Assembly: GCA_964415615.1 (NCBI GenBank)
Contig: CAYQAW010000001.1
Span: 40,593-104,592 of the forward strand
Reading direction: 5' to 3'
Length of the DNA: 64,000 nt
From: an uncultured Gammaproteobacteria bacterium
GTDB lineage: Bacteria; Patescibacteriota; Microgenomatia; Daviesbacterales; UBA10151
The notes under the pieces were generated by a model. It made no database searches. It saw nothing but the letters and a program-made list of their open reading frames with translations, and was not told the origin of the DNA. Both the position numbers and the translations under genes were made by a program. The first letter of the stretch is position 1. Each line of letters opens with the position of its first letter. Positions 38,324 to 47,351 of the stretch are shown piece by piece.

Positions 38324-38994
38324 TTCAACCTTTCTACTGCTTCTTTGGTAACAAAAAGTAATTCATGTTTTACAATCTCATAGGCATTAATGAGGCTGAC
38401 CGGCAAAATATCTGCTTCCGGGATATTTCTGATAGCCCTGACTACATTATCCTGCTTTTCTCCAGTCACAATCAGTAAACTTTTAGCTTTTAGCTTTTTA
38501 AAAAGCTTTACCATTTCTTTGGTTTTACCTGAAGATTTTTCCAACCCTGATAATCCTATTATTTTCTTGTCAGCTGCTTTTTCAGAAAGAGCTGAAAGTA
38601 GGGCTGCTTTTTTCATCTTTCTTGGTAAATCTAATCTAATTTTGCGGGGTTTAGGACCAAAGGTTATTCCCCCACCCACAAAAATAGGTGCCCTTACTGC
38701 GCCATGCCTGGCTCTACCTGTTCCTTTTTGTCTATAAATTTTAGCAGTTGACCCTTCAACTTCTCCTCTGGTTTTAGTCGAACCTGGCAAATTCTTTTGA
38801 TTAGTAGTATAAACTTTGACTGCTTGTGCCAAAAGGCTTTTGCTTACTTTTTGACCAAAGATTTCCTTTGGCAAAGCTAAAGTTCCATCCTCTTTACCTG
38901 CTAAAGAATAAACAGGAATAGAAAGACTAGATCCTTCGACTCGCTTTGCTCGCTCAGGATGACTCGCTTTGCTCGTCACTTTCTTAACTGGCAT
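38320..38994 (-). CDS. rplD: 50S ribosomal protein L4
   Basis: TKTRGEV, RQKGTGRARHG, GGGITFGPKPR. Confidence 0.98.
   Translation of the reverse strand: MPVKKVTSKASHPERAKRVEGSSLSIPVYSLAGKEDGTLALPKEIFGQKVSKSLLAQAVKVYTTNQKNLPGSTKTRGEVEGSTAKIYRQKGTGRARHGAVRAPIFVGGGITFGPKPRKIRLDLPRKMKKAALLSALSEKAADKKIIGLSGLEKSSGKTKEMVKLFKKLKAKSLLIVTGEKQDNVVRAIRNIPEADILPVSLINAYEIVKHELLFVTKEAVERLK
38929..38975 (-). repeat. REP-like palindromic element in frame in the rplD N-terminus
   Basis: GTCATCCTGAGCGAGCAAAGCGAGTCGAAGGATCT (HPERAKRVEGS); 15-bp segment duplicated at 38938-38952 and 38961-38975. Confidence 0.75.
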
Positions 38995-39748
38995 TTTCTG
39001 TTCCTTCTTTTAGTGCTTCTTCAGTTGGCTGTTGGACCACTGTTTCTTGTTGATTTTCTGTCTTCTCTTCACCCTTTACGCTTTCCCCTTCGCCCTCTTC
39101 TTCTAGTTTTTCCTCTGGTGGAGGGGTGTAACCTTTAACCCTACCTAGCTTTGTCACAGTTATTAGTCCGCCGATAGGTCCTGGCACTGCACCTTTTATT
39201 ACAAGTAAATTGTTTATTTTATCAATTCCTACTACCTCTAAGTTCTTCACGCTAACTTGAACATATCCCATATGCCCTGCCATTCTTTTACCTTTATATA
39301 CTCTGCCTGGAGTTGTACCTGAACCAATTGCACCTGGTGCACGCAGTCTATCAGACTGACCGTGAGTCTTGGGACCACCATGAAAGCCATGGCGCCTTAC
39401 TCCGCCTTGGAATCCTTTACCTTTAGAAACTCCACTTACCTTTACTGCATCTCCCCTTGAAAAAACCTGGTCCAGTTTAATCTCTGTTCCAGGCTTTAAA
39501 TCTTGTTGCTCTGTTGTTTTAACCTCCCTAAACCATTTAATCTTTTGGTCAAGACCAGCTTTTTTGGCGTGTCCAATTTGGGGTTTTTTAACAGACTTTT
39601 TGGTACCAAACCCAAGTTGGACAGAAGCTGAATTAAGTTGGGTCACAAAATTAGGGGAAATTTCCACTACAGTTACCCCCACCCTTCTACCGCGGGAGTC
39701 ATATGTTGCTGTCATTTCTTTTTTAATACCCAGTAAACTGTTTATCAT
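38984..39748 (-). CDS. rplC: 50S ribosomal protein L3
   Basis: SKGKGFQG, THG, GKRMAGHMG, KGAVPG; start ATG 39748. Confidence 0.98.
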   Translation of the reverse strand: MINSLLGIKKEMTATYDSRGRRVGVTVVEISPNFVTQLNSASVQLGFGTKKSVKKPQIGHAKKAGLDQKIKWFREVKTTEQQDLKPGTEIKLDQVFSRGDAVKVSGVSKGKGFQGGVRRHGFHGGPKTHGQSDRLRAPGAIGSGTTPGRVYKGKRMAGHMGYVQVSVKNLEVVGIDKINNLLVIKGAVPGPIGGLITVTKLGRVKGYTPPPEEKLEEEGEGESVKGEEKTENQQETVVQQPTEEALKEGTENAS

Positions 39749-39927
39749 ATTTAACCCAATAAAAAGAGTGACCTCCACCTTTGGCGGATGGTCACTCAGT
39801 ATCTCGCCTAGACTCGCCGTATCGACAACCGACGCACGATCTACTGAAAATTTAACAATTTAAATTTAACCTGACAGTAATGTCATGCTCTCAAGAGATT
39901 CTAACACGAACTCATGCCTAAATGCAA
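39749..39927 (-). promoter_or_regulatory. rplC operon promoter and structured leader with terminator-like hairpin
   Basis: TTGCAT-18-TAGAAT with extended -10; GAGTGACC/GGTCACTC stem followed by TTTTT ending 12 nt before the ATG. Confidence 0.6.
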
Positions 39928-39945
39928 GCTAGCTTAAATAAGGGC

Positions 39946-39974
39946 TTGACATTCGGCTTTTATTGGGGTATAAA
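39946..39974 (+). promoter_or_regulatory. Near-consensus sigma70 promoter of the PUR-like gene
   Basis: TTGACA-17 nt-TATAAA. Confidence 0.7.
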
Positions 39975-40018
39975 TATTTTAGGTACGAGTAATTTGGGAA
40001 GGGGGTGAGAATTAAGAG

Positions 40019-40252
40019 ATGGAAAAGAGTATTAAACAAACTGTTAAATCCTCAATGCTTAGGGCTGGCAAAAGAACATTTTTCTTTGATGTCAAAGTAG
40101 CTTCTAATAACAAGAAGTATCTAAAAATTACTGAGTCAGCTTTTGAGGGAGAAGGTAAGGAAAGAAGATATAATTCTTTTTTGCTTTGGCCTGAAAATTT
40201 AACTGATTTTCAACAAAGATTAACAGAAATCAATAATTTCCTAGCACAGTAA
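40019..40252 (+). CDS. PUR-alpha-like (DUF3276) ssDNA/RNA-binding protein
   Basis: RAGKRTFFFDVK...YLKITES motif; GGGGGTGA SD. Confidence 0.85.
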   Translation: MEKSIKQTVKSSMLRAGKRTFFFDVKVASNNKKYLKITESAFEGEGKERRYNSFLLWPENLTDFQQRLTEINNFLAQ

Positions 40253-40391
40253 ATAAAAGGTCTCTGACTACACTCAGGATAAACATGCCAGCTAAATTTA
40301 ATCTCCACAAAACAATCATATCATGGACAAAAATTTCTCGATCGGAAACAAATTGCCACAATATAACCTATTAAAACAAAAGGATAAATGA

Positions 40392-40703
40392 TTATTTAGA
40401 AGAAGGATCAGGCATAAAAGGATGTCGAAGGTTGTATAAAGCCCTAGCTTCAGTTTGTCTCATCCATCCAATTGAGTAAGGTCTCCCTCTTAATTCCATT
40501 CCTACTATTTCTCCAACTTCAGCAAATGACTTAGATCTACCATCATCTAAACCAAATCTTAATTGAAGCACTCTTCTTTCCCTATGAGTAAGCCCATTTA
40601 AAACTTCCTCTACTTCTCGCATTGACTCTTCTATGCTTTTTATAGTAAGGCTCGAAAACGATGCTGCTAATTCTGATTCATTTATATTTGGATTTTCTAC
40701 CAT
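40392..40703 (-). CDS. Stand-alone sigma70 region-4 domain protein
   Basis: EVLNGLTHRERRVLQLRFGLDDGRSKSFAEVG...MRQTEARALYNLRHP matches RpoD region 4. Confidence 0.8.
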   Translation of the reverse strand: MVENPNINESELAASFSSLTIKSIEESMREVEEVLNGLTHRERRVLQLRFGLDDGRSKSFAEVGEIVGMELRGRPYSIGWMRQTEARALYNLRHPFMPDPSSK

Positions 40704-40720
40704 ATGAGTTTTGATTTATT

Positions 40721-41029
40721 CTACATTTTCACCTCAATGTCAACTCCAGCTGGAATTTCAAGATGCATTAGGGAATCTATAGTTTTAGGGGTAGGTTCTA
40801 TAATATCAATCATTCTTTTGTGGGTTTTTATTTCAAAAGCTTCTCTGGAATCTTTATCTGTATGGGGTGAGGCTAATACTGTAATTCTTTCAGTTTTTGT
40901 AGGAAGGGGTATTGGACCAACTATTTTTGCTCCAGTGCGAAGGGCTGTATCCAAAAGGGATTCACAGGTATTATCCAGTACCCTGTGATCATAACTTTTC
41001 AATTTGACACGAATACGTCCCCTCGGCAT
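40721..41029 (-). CDS. rpsJ: 30S ribosomal protein S10
   Basis: [21 protein letters not shown]. Confidence 0.98.
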   Translation of the reverse strand: MPRGRIRVKLKSYDHRVLDNTCESLLDTALRTGAKIVGPIPLPTKTERITVLASPHTDKDSREAFEIKTHKRMIDIIEPTPKTIDSLMHLEIPAGVDIEVKM

Positions 41030-41062
41030 AGTTTTTATTCCCCTTTAAAAGTGCATAATAGC

Positions 41063-42247
41063 TTAAGCTATTATCTTAGTAATAACTCCAGCACCAACTG
41101 TTTTTCCACCTTCTCTGATAGCAAAGCGGAGACCATCTTCCATAGCAACCGGTGTAATAAGCTTGCCTGTTACTTTAACTGTATCTCCAGGCATAGCCAT
41201 TTCCACACCTTCTGGAAGAGTGACTTCACCAGTCACGTCAGTAGTTCTGATATAAAATTGTGGTCTGTAACCTTTGAAAAATGGGGTGTGTCTTCCGCCT
41301 TCTTCTTTAGAAAGAATATAAACCTCAGCTTCAAATTCAGAATGTGGGGTAATGGATCCTGGTTTTGCCAATACTTGCCCTCTTTCTACATCATCTTTTT
41401 CAACACCTCTAAGGAGTATTCCAGCGTTGTCTCCAGCCTGACCTTCATCTAGCATCTTATGGAACATCTCAATACCTGTTACAACACTCTTTTTTGTAGG
41501 TCTAATACCGACAATTTCTATTTCCTCATTAACTTTAACCTTACCTCTTTCAATTCTTCCAGTAACAACTGTTCCTCTACCTTTAATAGAGAAAACATCT
41601 TCAACTGCCATTAAAAATGGTTTATCAGTATCTCTGACTGGAGTTGGAATCCATTCATCAACTTTATTCATCAATTCTTCTACTGCCTTTATGCTTTCTG
41701 GATCACCTTCTAAAGCTTTTTTAGCAGAACCTCGGATTATTGGAGACTGAGGGTCATATTCATATTTTTTAAGCAGATCTCTTACTTCTTCTTCAACTAA
41801 ATCCAAAAGCTCCGGGTCATCTACCATATCTACTTTATTTAGAAATACTACAATTGCTGGAACTCCTACCTGACGAGCCAAAAGCAAATGCTCTCTGGTT
41901 TGAGGCATTGGACCATCTGGAGCAGAAACAACTAGAATTGCTCCATCAGTTTGAGCAGCACCAGTGATCATGTTTTTGATGTAATCTGCATGGCCTGGCA
42001 TATCAATATGGGCGTAGTGTCTTTTTTCAGTTTCGTATTCTTGGTGGGAAATATTAATAGTAATACCGCGGGCTTTTTCCTCAGGAGCGTTGTCAATCTG
42101 ATCTACCGACCTTTTTTCTGCAAAACCTTTAGCAGCCAGTACATTGGTAATTGCTGCAGTTAAGGTGGTCTTACCATGGTCAACATGACCCATGGTTCCA
42201 ACATTAACGTGTGGTTTACTTCTATCAAATTTTTTTACGTCTGCCAT
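41063..42247 (-). CDS. tuf: Elongation factor Tu
   Basis: [31 protein letters not shown]. Confidence 0.99.
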   Translation of the reverse strand: MADVKKFDRSKPHVNVGTMGHVDHGKTTLTAAITNVLAAKGFAEKRSVDQIDNAPEEKARGITINISHQEYETEKRHYAHIDMPGHADYIKNMITGAAQTDGAILVVSAPDGPMPQTREHLLLARQVGVPAIVVFLNKVDMVDDPELLDLVEEEVRDLLKKYEYDPQSPIIRGSAKKALEGDPESIKAVEELMNKVDEWIPTPVRDTDKPFLMAVEDVFSIKGRGTVVTGRIERGKVKVNEEIEIVGIRPTKKSVVTGIEMFHKMLDEGQAGDNAGILLRGVEKDDVERGQVLAKPGSITPHSEFEAEVYILSKEEGGRHTPFFKGYRPQFYIRTTDVTGEVTLPEGVEMAMPGDTVKVTGKLITPVAMEDGLRFAIREGGKTVGAGVITKIIA

Positions 42248-42337
42248 AATTTTACCTTTAAAATCCAGCTCTCTTTAGCTGGAACATTTATAAATATAAC
42301 GTATTTGCAAAATAAATGCAATAGTTAAATTTGAAAG

Positions 42338-42685
42338 CTACTTTGTACACCCATCTGGATAATTTCCTTCAAAACCAGGTCTACACAAAGAAGAACCTCC
42401 ATGGTAATTAGAGCAAAAGTTATTACCTGCATTACCTTCAAAACCTGTTGTACAACTTACATCCTGAGGAAATTGAGTACTAGAAACAGATGATTTAAAA
42501 ATTTTATCTTTAAAAATAAAAACTGCTACCCCTATAATTAAAAATATAACTATTATAACCACTGGTAGCAAAAAATTCTTTTTAGCTCCAGGTACATTTG
42601 GAACTATTTTAGGGTCAGCTATAATTACCTGAGGCTGCGGAGCAATTGGTGATTGAGTAGGTGCTTGAGATTGTGTCGGCTCCAT
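42338..42685 (-). CDS. Hypothetical single-TM protein with Cys-containing repeated C-terminus
   Basis: P/Q-rich N-terminus, one TM, CxxGFEGN repeated twice. Confidence 0.7.
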   Translation of the reverse strand: MEPTQSQAPTQSPIAPQPQVIIADPKIVPNVPGAKKNFLLPVVIIVIFLIIGVAVFIFKDKIFKSSVSSTQFPQDVSCTTGFEGNAGNNFCSNYHGGSSLCRPGFEGNYPDGCTK

Positions 42686-42740
42686 ATCATATTTTGCTCA
42701 TGAATTATCTTTTCTGTCAAATTTTAGATTTAAACCAGTG

Positions 42741-42774
42741 ACAAAATACCCTACGGCCGTATGCAAAATTGTCA
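42741..42774. repeat. Palindromic direct repeat, copy 1
   Basis: ACAAAATACCCTACGGCCGTATGCAAAATTGTCA. Confidence 0.85.
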
Positions 42775-42788
42775 AAACTTTTTGGTAA

Positions 42789-43205
42789 TTATTGCAAGCT
42801 TCTTAAATACTGTAAAAATCTTGCCGGAGTTGTTACTACGATCTTCAATTCTTGGATAATTTTATCAATCTTAAAATCCTTTGTATTATACGAAAGAAGG
42901 TATTTTGCCTTTGCTTTCTTCACACCAGCAATTATGTGAACATCGTCTAAATCCAAAGTATAATTTTTGAAGCTTTTTTTTACTTCTTTTAATTGAACAA
43001 CATTTAATTTTTCTTTGACTACTTCTGCTAATTTATCTTTATTAAGCCCTAACCGGTCGCATACCTGCTCTAATTCTTCTATGGATTTATTTGAAACAAA
43101 AGATTGTAGATCAGTTTCATGGATAATGAAATATGCTGCACCTTTATCAGATATCAACGAAGAGATGATCACATCGGAGTCTAGAAAAACTTTTTTTCTT
43201 TTCAC
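42789..43205 (-). CDS. PIN-domain (VapC-like) toxin
   Basis: VFLDSDVIIS, DDVHII, SYNTKDF acidic PIN motifs. Confidence 0.85.
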   Translation of the reverse strand: MKRKKVFLDSDVIISSLISDKGAAYFIIHETDLQSFVSNKSIEELEQVCDRLGLNKDKLAEVVKEKLNVVQLKEVKKSFKNYTLDLDDVHIIAGVKKAKAKYLLSYNTKDFKIDKIIQELKIVVTTPARFLQYLRSLQ

Positions 43206-43468
43206 AGCTTTGATCTTACTCGGGAGAGTTCTCTGTGTATTTTAGGAATTTTTTTTAAATCTTCTTTCTCTGCTTTTTGCAAATCTTCATCCAGTCCACT
43301 AAAAATAAAGGATATCGAGCTTTGGGGAATACGGTAAACTTTACCGATTTTTTTAGCCACGATTTCACCACGGCTGATCAAATCATAAACCGTATTTTTA
43401 CTAAGCTGCAACATTTCAGCCACTTGCTCAGGAGTATATACTCTAGGCAAATTTTGATTACTAAACAT
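43202..43468 (-). CDS. Excisionase-type HTH protein, putative antitoxin
   Basis: YTPEQVAEMLQLSKNTVYDLI...KIGKVYRI; ATGA overlap with the PIN gene. Confidence 0.82.
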   Translation of the reverse strand: MFSNQNLPRVYTPEQVAEMLQLSKNTVYDLISRGEIVAKKIGKVYRIPQSSISFIFSGLDEDLQKAEKEDLKKIPKIHRELSRVRSKL

Positions 43469-43513
43469 GTCTAAATTGTACTAAACACTATAAAACATGT
43501 CAATAGACCAATT

Positions 43514-43547
43514 ACAAAATTTGCTACGGCCGTATGCAAAACTGTCA
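43514..43547. repeat. Palindromic direct repeat, copy 2
   Basis: ACAAAATTTGCTACGGCCGTATGCAAAACTGTCA. Confidence 0.85.
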
Positions 43548-43598
43548 CAGGTTGCTCTCCTCACAGCAAAAAGATAGAATAAGCATGAGACTTACTAA

Positions 43599-43913
43599 AT
43601 GAAAAAAGTTATACTGGTTATTTTCATTATTTTACTAGTTGGATACCTCTGCACTCAAAAAGAGGATATACAATCTTTGTGTAATTTACCTTACCATACC
43701 ACCGTAGAACAATGTTCAAATGGTGATATAATTATTGATCGTGGAGCTATTAATTATGATGGCACTGAAACTTATTTAGATAAAAATGGATTTTTTCTTT
43801 ACTCACGAGGTGGCTGGGGAGCATACCGGGAAAGTATATTATATAAGCTTAGAAAATCATTTAATAATCCGATCGGATGCGATACTAAAGAATTAACAAA
43901 TAAATGTAGTTAA
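43599..43913 (+). CDS. Hypothetical exported Cys-containing protein
   Basis: Signal/TM N-terminus, five Cys; convergent with fusA. Confidence 0.6.
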   Translation: MKKVILVIFIILLVGYLCTQKEDIQSLCNLPYHTTVEQCSNGDIIIDRGAINYDGTETYLDKNGFFLYSRGGWGAYRESILYKLRKSFNNPIGCDTKELTNKCS

Positions 43914-46048
43914 TGTTCTACTCTACCAGTAAAGCCTGAGGTTTCTATAATCTTTTGAGTAATATTACTTGGAACTGGTTCATAATGATCTGCTTCCATA
44001 TAATAAGTGGCTCTACCCTGAGACATACTTCTTATAGCTGTTGCATATCCATGCATTTCTGCTAGTGGCACTAAAGCCAAAACCACTCTGGCATTTCCAC
44101 TGGTTTCGGAAGAAAGGATTTGAGCTCTTTTTGAAGACAAATCACCAATAATCTCTCCTAAAAATTCCTCAGGGGTGGTAACCTCCACCTTCATTATTGG
44201 CTCAAGCAAAATCATATCTGCTTTTTTGGCTGCCTCAGACAAGCCTAAAGAAGCTGCAATTTTAAATGCTATCTCAGATGAATCAACATCATGGAATGAT
44301 CCATCATAAACTGTAACTTTAATATCTGTCACAGGGAATCCAGCCAAAATTCCAGTATCTTCTTTTTCAATAACTCCTTTTTCAATGGGAGGAATAAATT
44401 CTCTAGGAATTGCTCCACCCACAATTGCTGAGACAAATTCCCTACCCTGTCCGCGGGGCAAAGGTTCAATCTTGAGCAAACAATGGCCATATTGACCACG
44501 TCCACCTGTTTGTCTAATGTATTTACCCTCACCCTCTGCATATTTGGTAATAGTTTCTTTATAGGCAACTTGTGGTTGACCAACATTTGCCTCCAACTTA
44601 AACTCTCTTTTCATCCTATCTACCAGGATTTCAAGCTGCAGCTCACCCATACCGGCAATAATAGTTTGTCCTGTATCAGCGTCAGATCTAACTCTAAAAG
44701 TTGGATCTTCCTCAGCTAGTCTTTGCAGGGCAAACCCCAATTTTTCCTGATCAGATTTTGTTTTTGGCTCAATTGCCAAAGAAATAACTGGATCAGGAAA
44801 AGAGATAGATTCTAAAATAACAGGAGCAGTTCCATCACATAAGGTATTCCCAGTTATAGTATCTTTAAGTCCTACTGCAGCCACAATTTCCCCAGCCAAA
44901 GCCTGATCAATCTCTTCCCTGTCATTGGCATGCATCAAAAGAAGCCTCCCTACTCTTTCATTTAATTGCTTGGTGGAATTATAAACATAAGAACCACTCT
45001 TTAAAGTTCCTGAATAAACCCTAATGTAAGTTAATTTTCCAACATGAGGATCAACTTGAATTTTAAATGCTAAAGCAGCTAAAGGCGCAGCAGGATCACC
45101 CTTTCTTTCTTCAGCTTCCCCTGTTTGCGGATTTATTCCACTTGTAACATACACATCCTGAGGTGAAGGAAGATATTCAACAACAGCATCAAGCATTGGT
45201 TGAACACCTTTGTTTCTAAGAGAAGATCCAGCAAAAACTGGCACAATTTTACTCCCAATCACAGCCTTTCTTAAAGCTTTTTTGAGTTCTGTGACTGTAA
45301 TTTCAGTTCCGTTGAGATACTTTTCCATCAACACATCATCAGAACCTGCAATTTCCTCTACCAGTTTTTCCCTGGCAACTTTAACCTCATCTGCCATATC
45401 AGCAGGAACTTCTGTCTCACTGAATTTAGCGCCTGTTTGATCGCCTTCCCAAATTAGAGCCTTTTGAGTTAGTAAATCTACTACTCCTTTAAAATCATTT
45501 TCTTTGCCAATAGGTAAGTTATAAGCTATAGCATTAGCGCCTAGCCTGTCTCGAGCAGACTGAATAGTAGTGGCAAAATCTGCTCCCACCACATCCATTT
45601 TGTTGGAAAAAGCGATTAAAGGAACGCTATATTTATTGGCTTGTCTCCACACTGTTTCTGTTTGAGATTGTACCCCAGAGGAGGAATCTAAAACAATTAC
45701 TGCTCCATCCAAAACCCGCAGGGATCTTTCTACTTCTGCAGTAAAATCAACATGCCCTGGGGTATCAATTAAATTAATTCTTATTTCATTTCCTTCAAAA
45801 AGTCCTTTTTTAACTGTCCAAAAAGCAGTAATGGCTGCAGAAACAATGGTAATCCCACGTTCGCGCTCCTGCTCCATCCAGTCAGTAACAGTAGTTCCCT
45901 CATCAATATTTCCAATTTTATAAGTTCTACCTGTATAAAACAGGATTCTTTCTGTAGTAGTTGTTTTACCAGCATCAATATGGGCTATTATGCCTATATT
46001 ACGGATTCTATCAAGTGGGAAGTCCCTTTTAGTCTTTTGTATTGCCAT
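43910..46048 (-). CDS. fusA: Elongation factor G
   Basis: [26 protein letters not shown]. Confidence 0.99.
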   Translation of the reverse strand: MAIQKTKRDFPLDRIRNIGIIAHIDAGKTTTTERILFYTGRTYKIGNIDEGTTVTDWMEQERERGITIVSAAITAFWTVKKGLFEGNEIRINLIDTPGHVDFTAEVERSLRVLDGAVIVLDSSSGVQSQTETVWRQANKYSVPLIAFSNKMDVVGADFATTIQSARDRLGANAIAYNLPIGKENDFKGVVDLLTQKALIWEGDQTGAKFSETEVPADMADEVKVAREKLVEEIAGSDDVLMEKYLNGTEITVTELKKALRKAVIGSKIVPVFAGSSLRNKGVQPMLDAVVEYLPSPQDVYVTSGINPQTGEAEERKGDPAAPLAALAFKIQVDPHVGKLTYIRVYSGTLKSGSYVYNSTKQLNERVGRLLLMHANDREEIDQALAGEIVAAVGLKDTITGNTLCDGTAPVILESISFPDPVISLAIEPKTKSDQEKLGFALQRLAEEDPTFRVRSDADTGQTIIAGMGELQLEILVDRMKREFKLEANVGQPQVAYKETITKYAEGEGKYIRQTGGRGQYGHCLLKIEPLPRGQGREFVSAIVGGAIPREFIPPIEKGVIEKEDTGILAGFPVTDIKVTVYDGSFHDVDSSEIAFKIAASLGLSEAAKKADMILLEPIMKVEVTTPEEFLGEIIGDLSSKRAQILSSETSGNARVVLALVPLAEMHGYATAIRSMSQGRATYYMEADHYEPVPSNITQKIIETSGFTGRVEH

Positions 46049-46049
46049 T

Positions 46050-46271
46050 TTATCTTTTTTCTAAATCTCTTATTATCTTTTTTACCTCTTCAATTCTAAC
46101 TCTGGTTGTATCTGCATCTTCTATAGCCATAGTATAAGCTGCATTCTCGGATAAATCACCTTCAGCAGCAGCAGCGCCCTTTTTCGCCAAAATAATCTTC
46201 AGATCTTCTTCAAGCTGCGCTAGATTATCTTTCCACATCTTCAATTTTTCTTCTCTTAATTTATTATTCAT
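46050..46271 (-). CDS. GreA N-terminal coiled-coil-only protein (73 aa)
   Basis: [12 protein letters not shown] matches the GreA/GreB tip motif; no C-terminal domain; start ATG 46271. Confidence 0.8.
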   Translation of the reverse strand: MNNKLREEKLKMWKDNLAQLEEDLKIILAKKGAAAAEGDLSENAAYTMAIEDADTTRVRIEEVKKIIRDLEKR

Positions 46272-46282
46272 AATGAACCCCT

Positions 46283-46303
46283 CCCCGCAGCAAGCTGACG
46301 GGG
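46283..46303. repeat. GC-rich palindrome
   Basis: CCCCGCAGCAAGCTGACGGGG. Confidence 0.6.
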
Positions 46304-46320
46304 TATTCTGGTTCAAAAAT

Positions 46321-46345
46321 AAAAAACCTCCCTCAAGCTGGGAGG
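46321..46345 (-). terminator. Intrinsic terminator-like hairpin upstream of greA-like/fusA
   Basis: CCTCCC-7 nt-GGGAGG followed by TTTTTT on the minus strand. Confidence 0.65.
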
Positions 46346-46370
46346 CCACAAGCAGATATTATACAATGAA

Positions 46371-46574
46371 TCAGTCTACATTTCCAGCAGCAATAGCAAT
46401 ACGGTCAGCTCTGATTATATTTACAGGATCTATTGCTCTAGATAAAATTGCCGCTGAAATAGGATCCATGCGATTAAAAGCATCAAGTCTATCTCCAACA
46501 TCAGGTCCGCTCAGTTTTCCCACTACTTTTACTAGATCTATTACTGGTCTGAAAACAAGATTTTCTACTGTCAT
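46371..46574 (-). CDS. Small hypothetical protein
   Basis: ATG-start 67-aa ORF co-oriented with its neighbours; no recognisable motif. Confidence 0.45.
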   Translation of the reverse strand: MTVENLVFRPVIDLVKVVGKLSGPDVGDRLDAFNRMDPISAAILSRAIDPVNIIRADRIAIAAGNVD

Positions 46575-46667
46575 ATATTAATATTACCACTTCTGTTCTA
46601 CTGGATTACCGCTATCTACATATTCCATACTATATATTATATACTATTAGGCCTATTCTTAAACTAA

Positions 46668-46961
46668 TTATCTTGGGGTAAAATGGAGCTCGACTTTTAG
46701 ATCTAATGCGTCTGCCAGTCTTTTGATAAGTGATAAAGAAGGTCTGGCATTAGCATTTTCTAACCTGGAAATAACTGCTTGGCCAGTACCCATTCTTTTG
46801 GCCAACTCTTCCTGAGAAATTTTCTTCTTAACCCTGGCATCAATTATGGCTTGTATAATAGCAAATTCAGGCTGTAAATCCTCATAAGCTTTTTTCACCT
46901 TTGGATTTTGAAAGAGTTCTCGTTTCAATTCTTCAGTTGTATAATACCTTGGTTTGTTCAT
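46668..46961 (-). CDS. XRE/HTH antitoxin (HigA-like)
   Basis: ISQEELAKRMGTGQAVISRLE...PSL. Confidence 0.88.
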   Translation of the reverse strand: MNKPRYYTTEELKRELFQNPKVKKAYEDLQPEFAIIQAIIDARVKKKISQEELAKRMGTGQAVISRLENANARPSLSLIKRLADALDLKVELHFTPR

Positions 46962-47259
46962 ATTTTATATTCCTCCAAACGCTTCCTTGCAGTTTTTATC
47001 TCCTGTCGAGGAGTTTTCTGACTTTTTTTCTTAAATGCACACACTACAATCATAGCCGACTCGGCTTTACCTAAAAGTAATCGAATAGATCCAGGTCGCA
47101 GTTCCCATAAATTACTATCTAGCTTCTTTAAATATTGACTTGGCAACCTAAACCCATTCTCCTCAAATAACTCAATATACCCTTGAGCTCGTCCTTGATC
47201 TATTTCAGACAGGATGCTAAAAATTCCTTAACTCTCTTATCAGTAATTACTTTCAACAT
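46958..47259 (-). pseudogene. RelE/HigB (Gp49-like) toxin with a frameshift
   Basis: MLKVITDKRVKEF then a 1-nt deficit in a T5 run (47219-47223) before SILSEIDQGRAQGYIELF...NLWELR...FKKKSQKTP. Confidence 0.75.
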
Positions 47260-47263
47260 AATT

Positions 47264-47283
47264 TTATGACAAATTTATCATAA
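47264..47283. promoter_or_regulatory. Putative TA autoregulatory operator
   Basis: Inverted repeat TTATGAcAAATTTaTCATAA immediately upstream of the toxin ATG. Confidence 0.55.
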
Positions 47284-47351
47284 TTACAAGTGGTAAAATC
47301 GTTATCTAATTAGAGGGTAACCCAAATATATACCGAAGTCAAGAGAGAAAT

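Noticed and set aside
40261-40283. CTGACTACACTCAGGATAAA as a decayed copy of the rplD-type palindrome
   Set aside because: Match too short and degenerate to support.
43202-43468. Prophage excisionase
   Set aside because: No phage or integrase genes nearby; coupling to a PIN gene fits an antitoxin.
46272-46581. Upstream extension of ORF 46050 and the + strand ORF 46273-46581
   Set aside because: The extension translates a terminator and a palindrome; the + ORF is a shadow of minus-strand features.
47215-47226. Programmed -1 frameshift in the toxin
   Set aside because: A_TTT_TTA is not a full X_XXY_YYZ slippery site and no stimulatory structure is evident; mutation or error is simpler.
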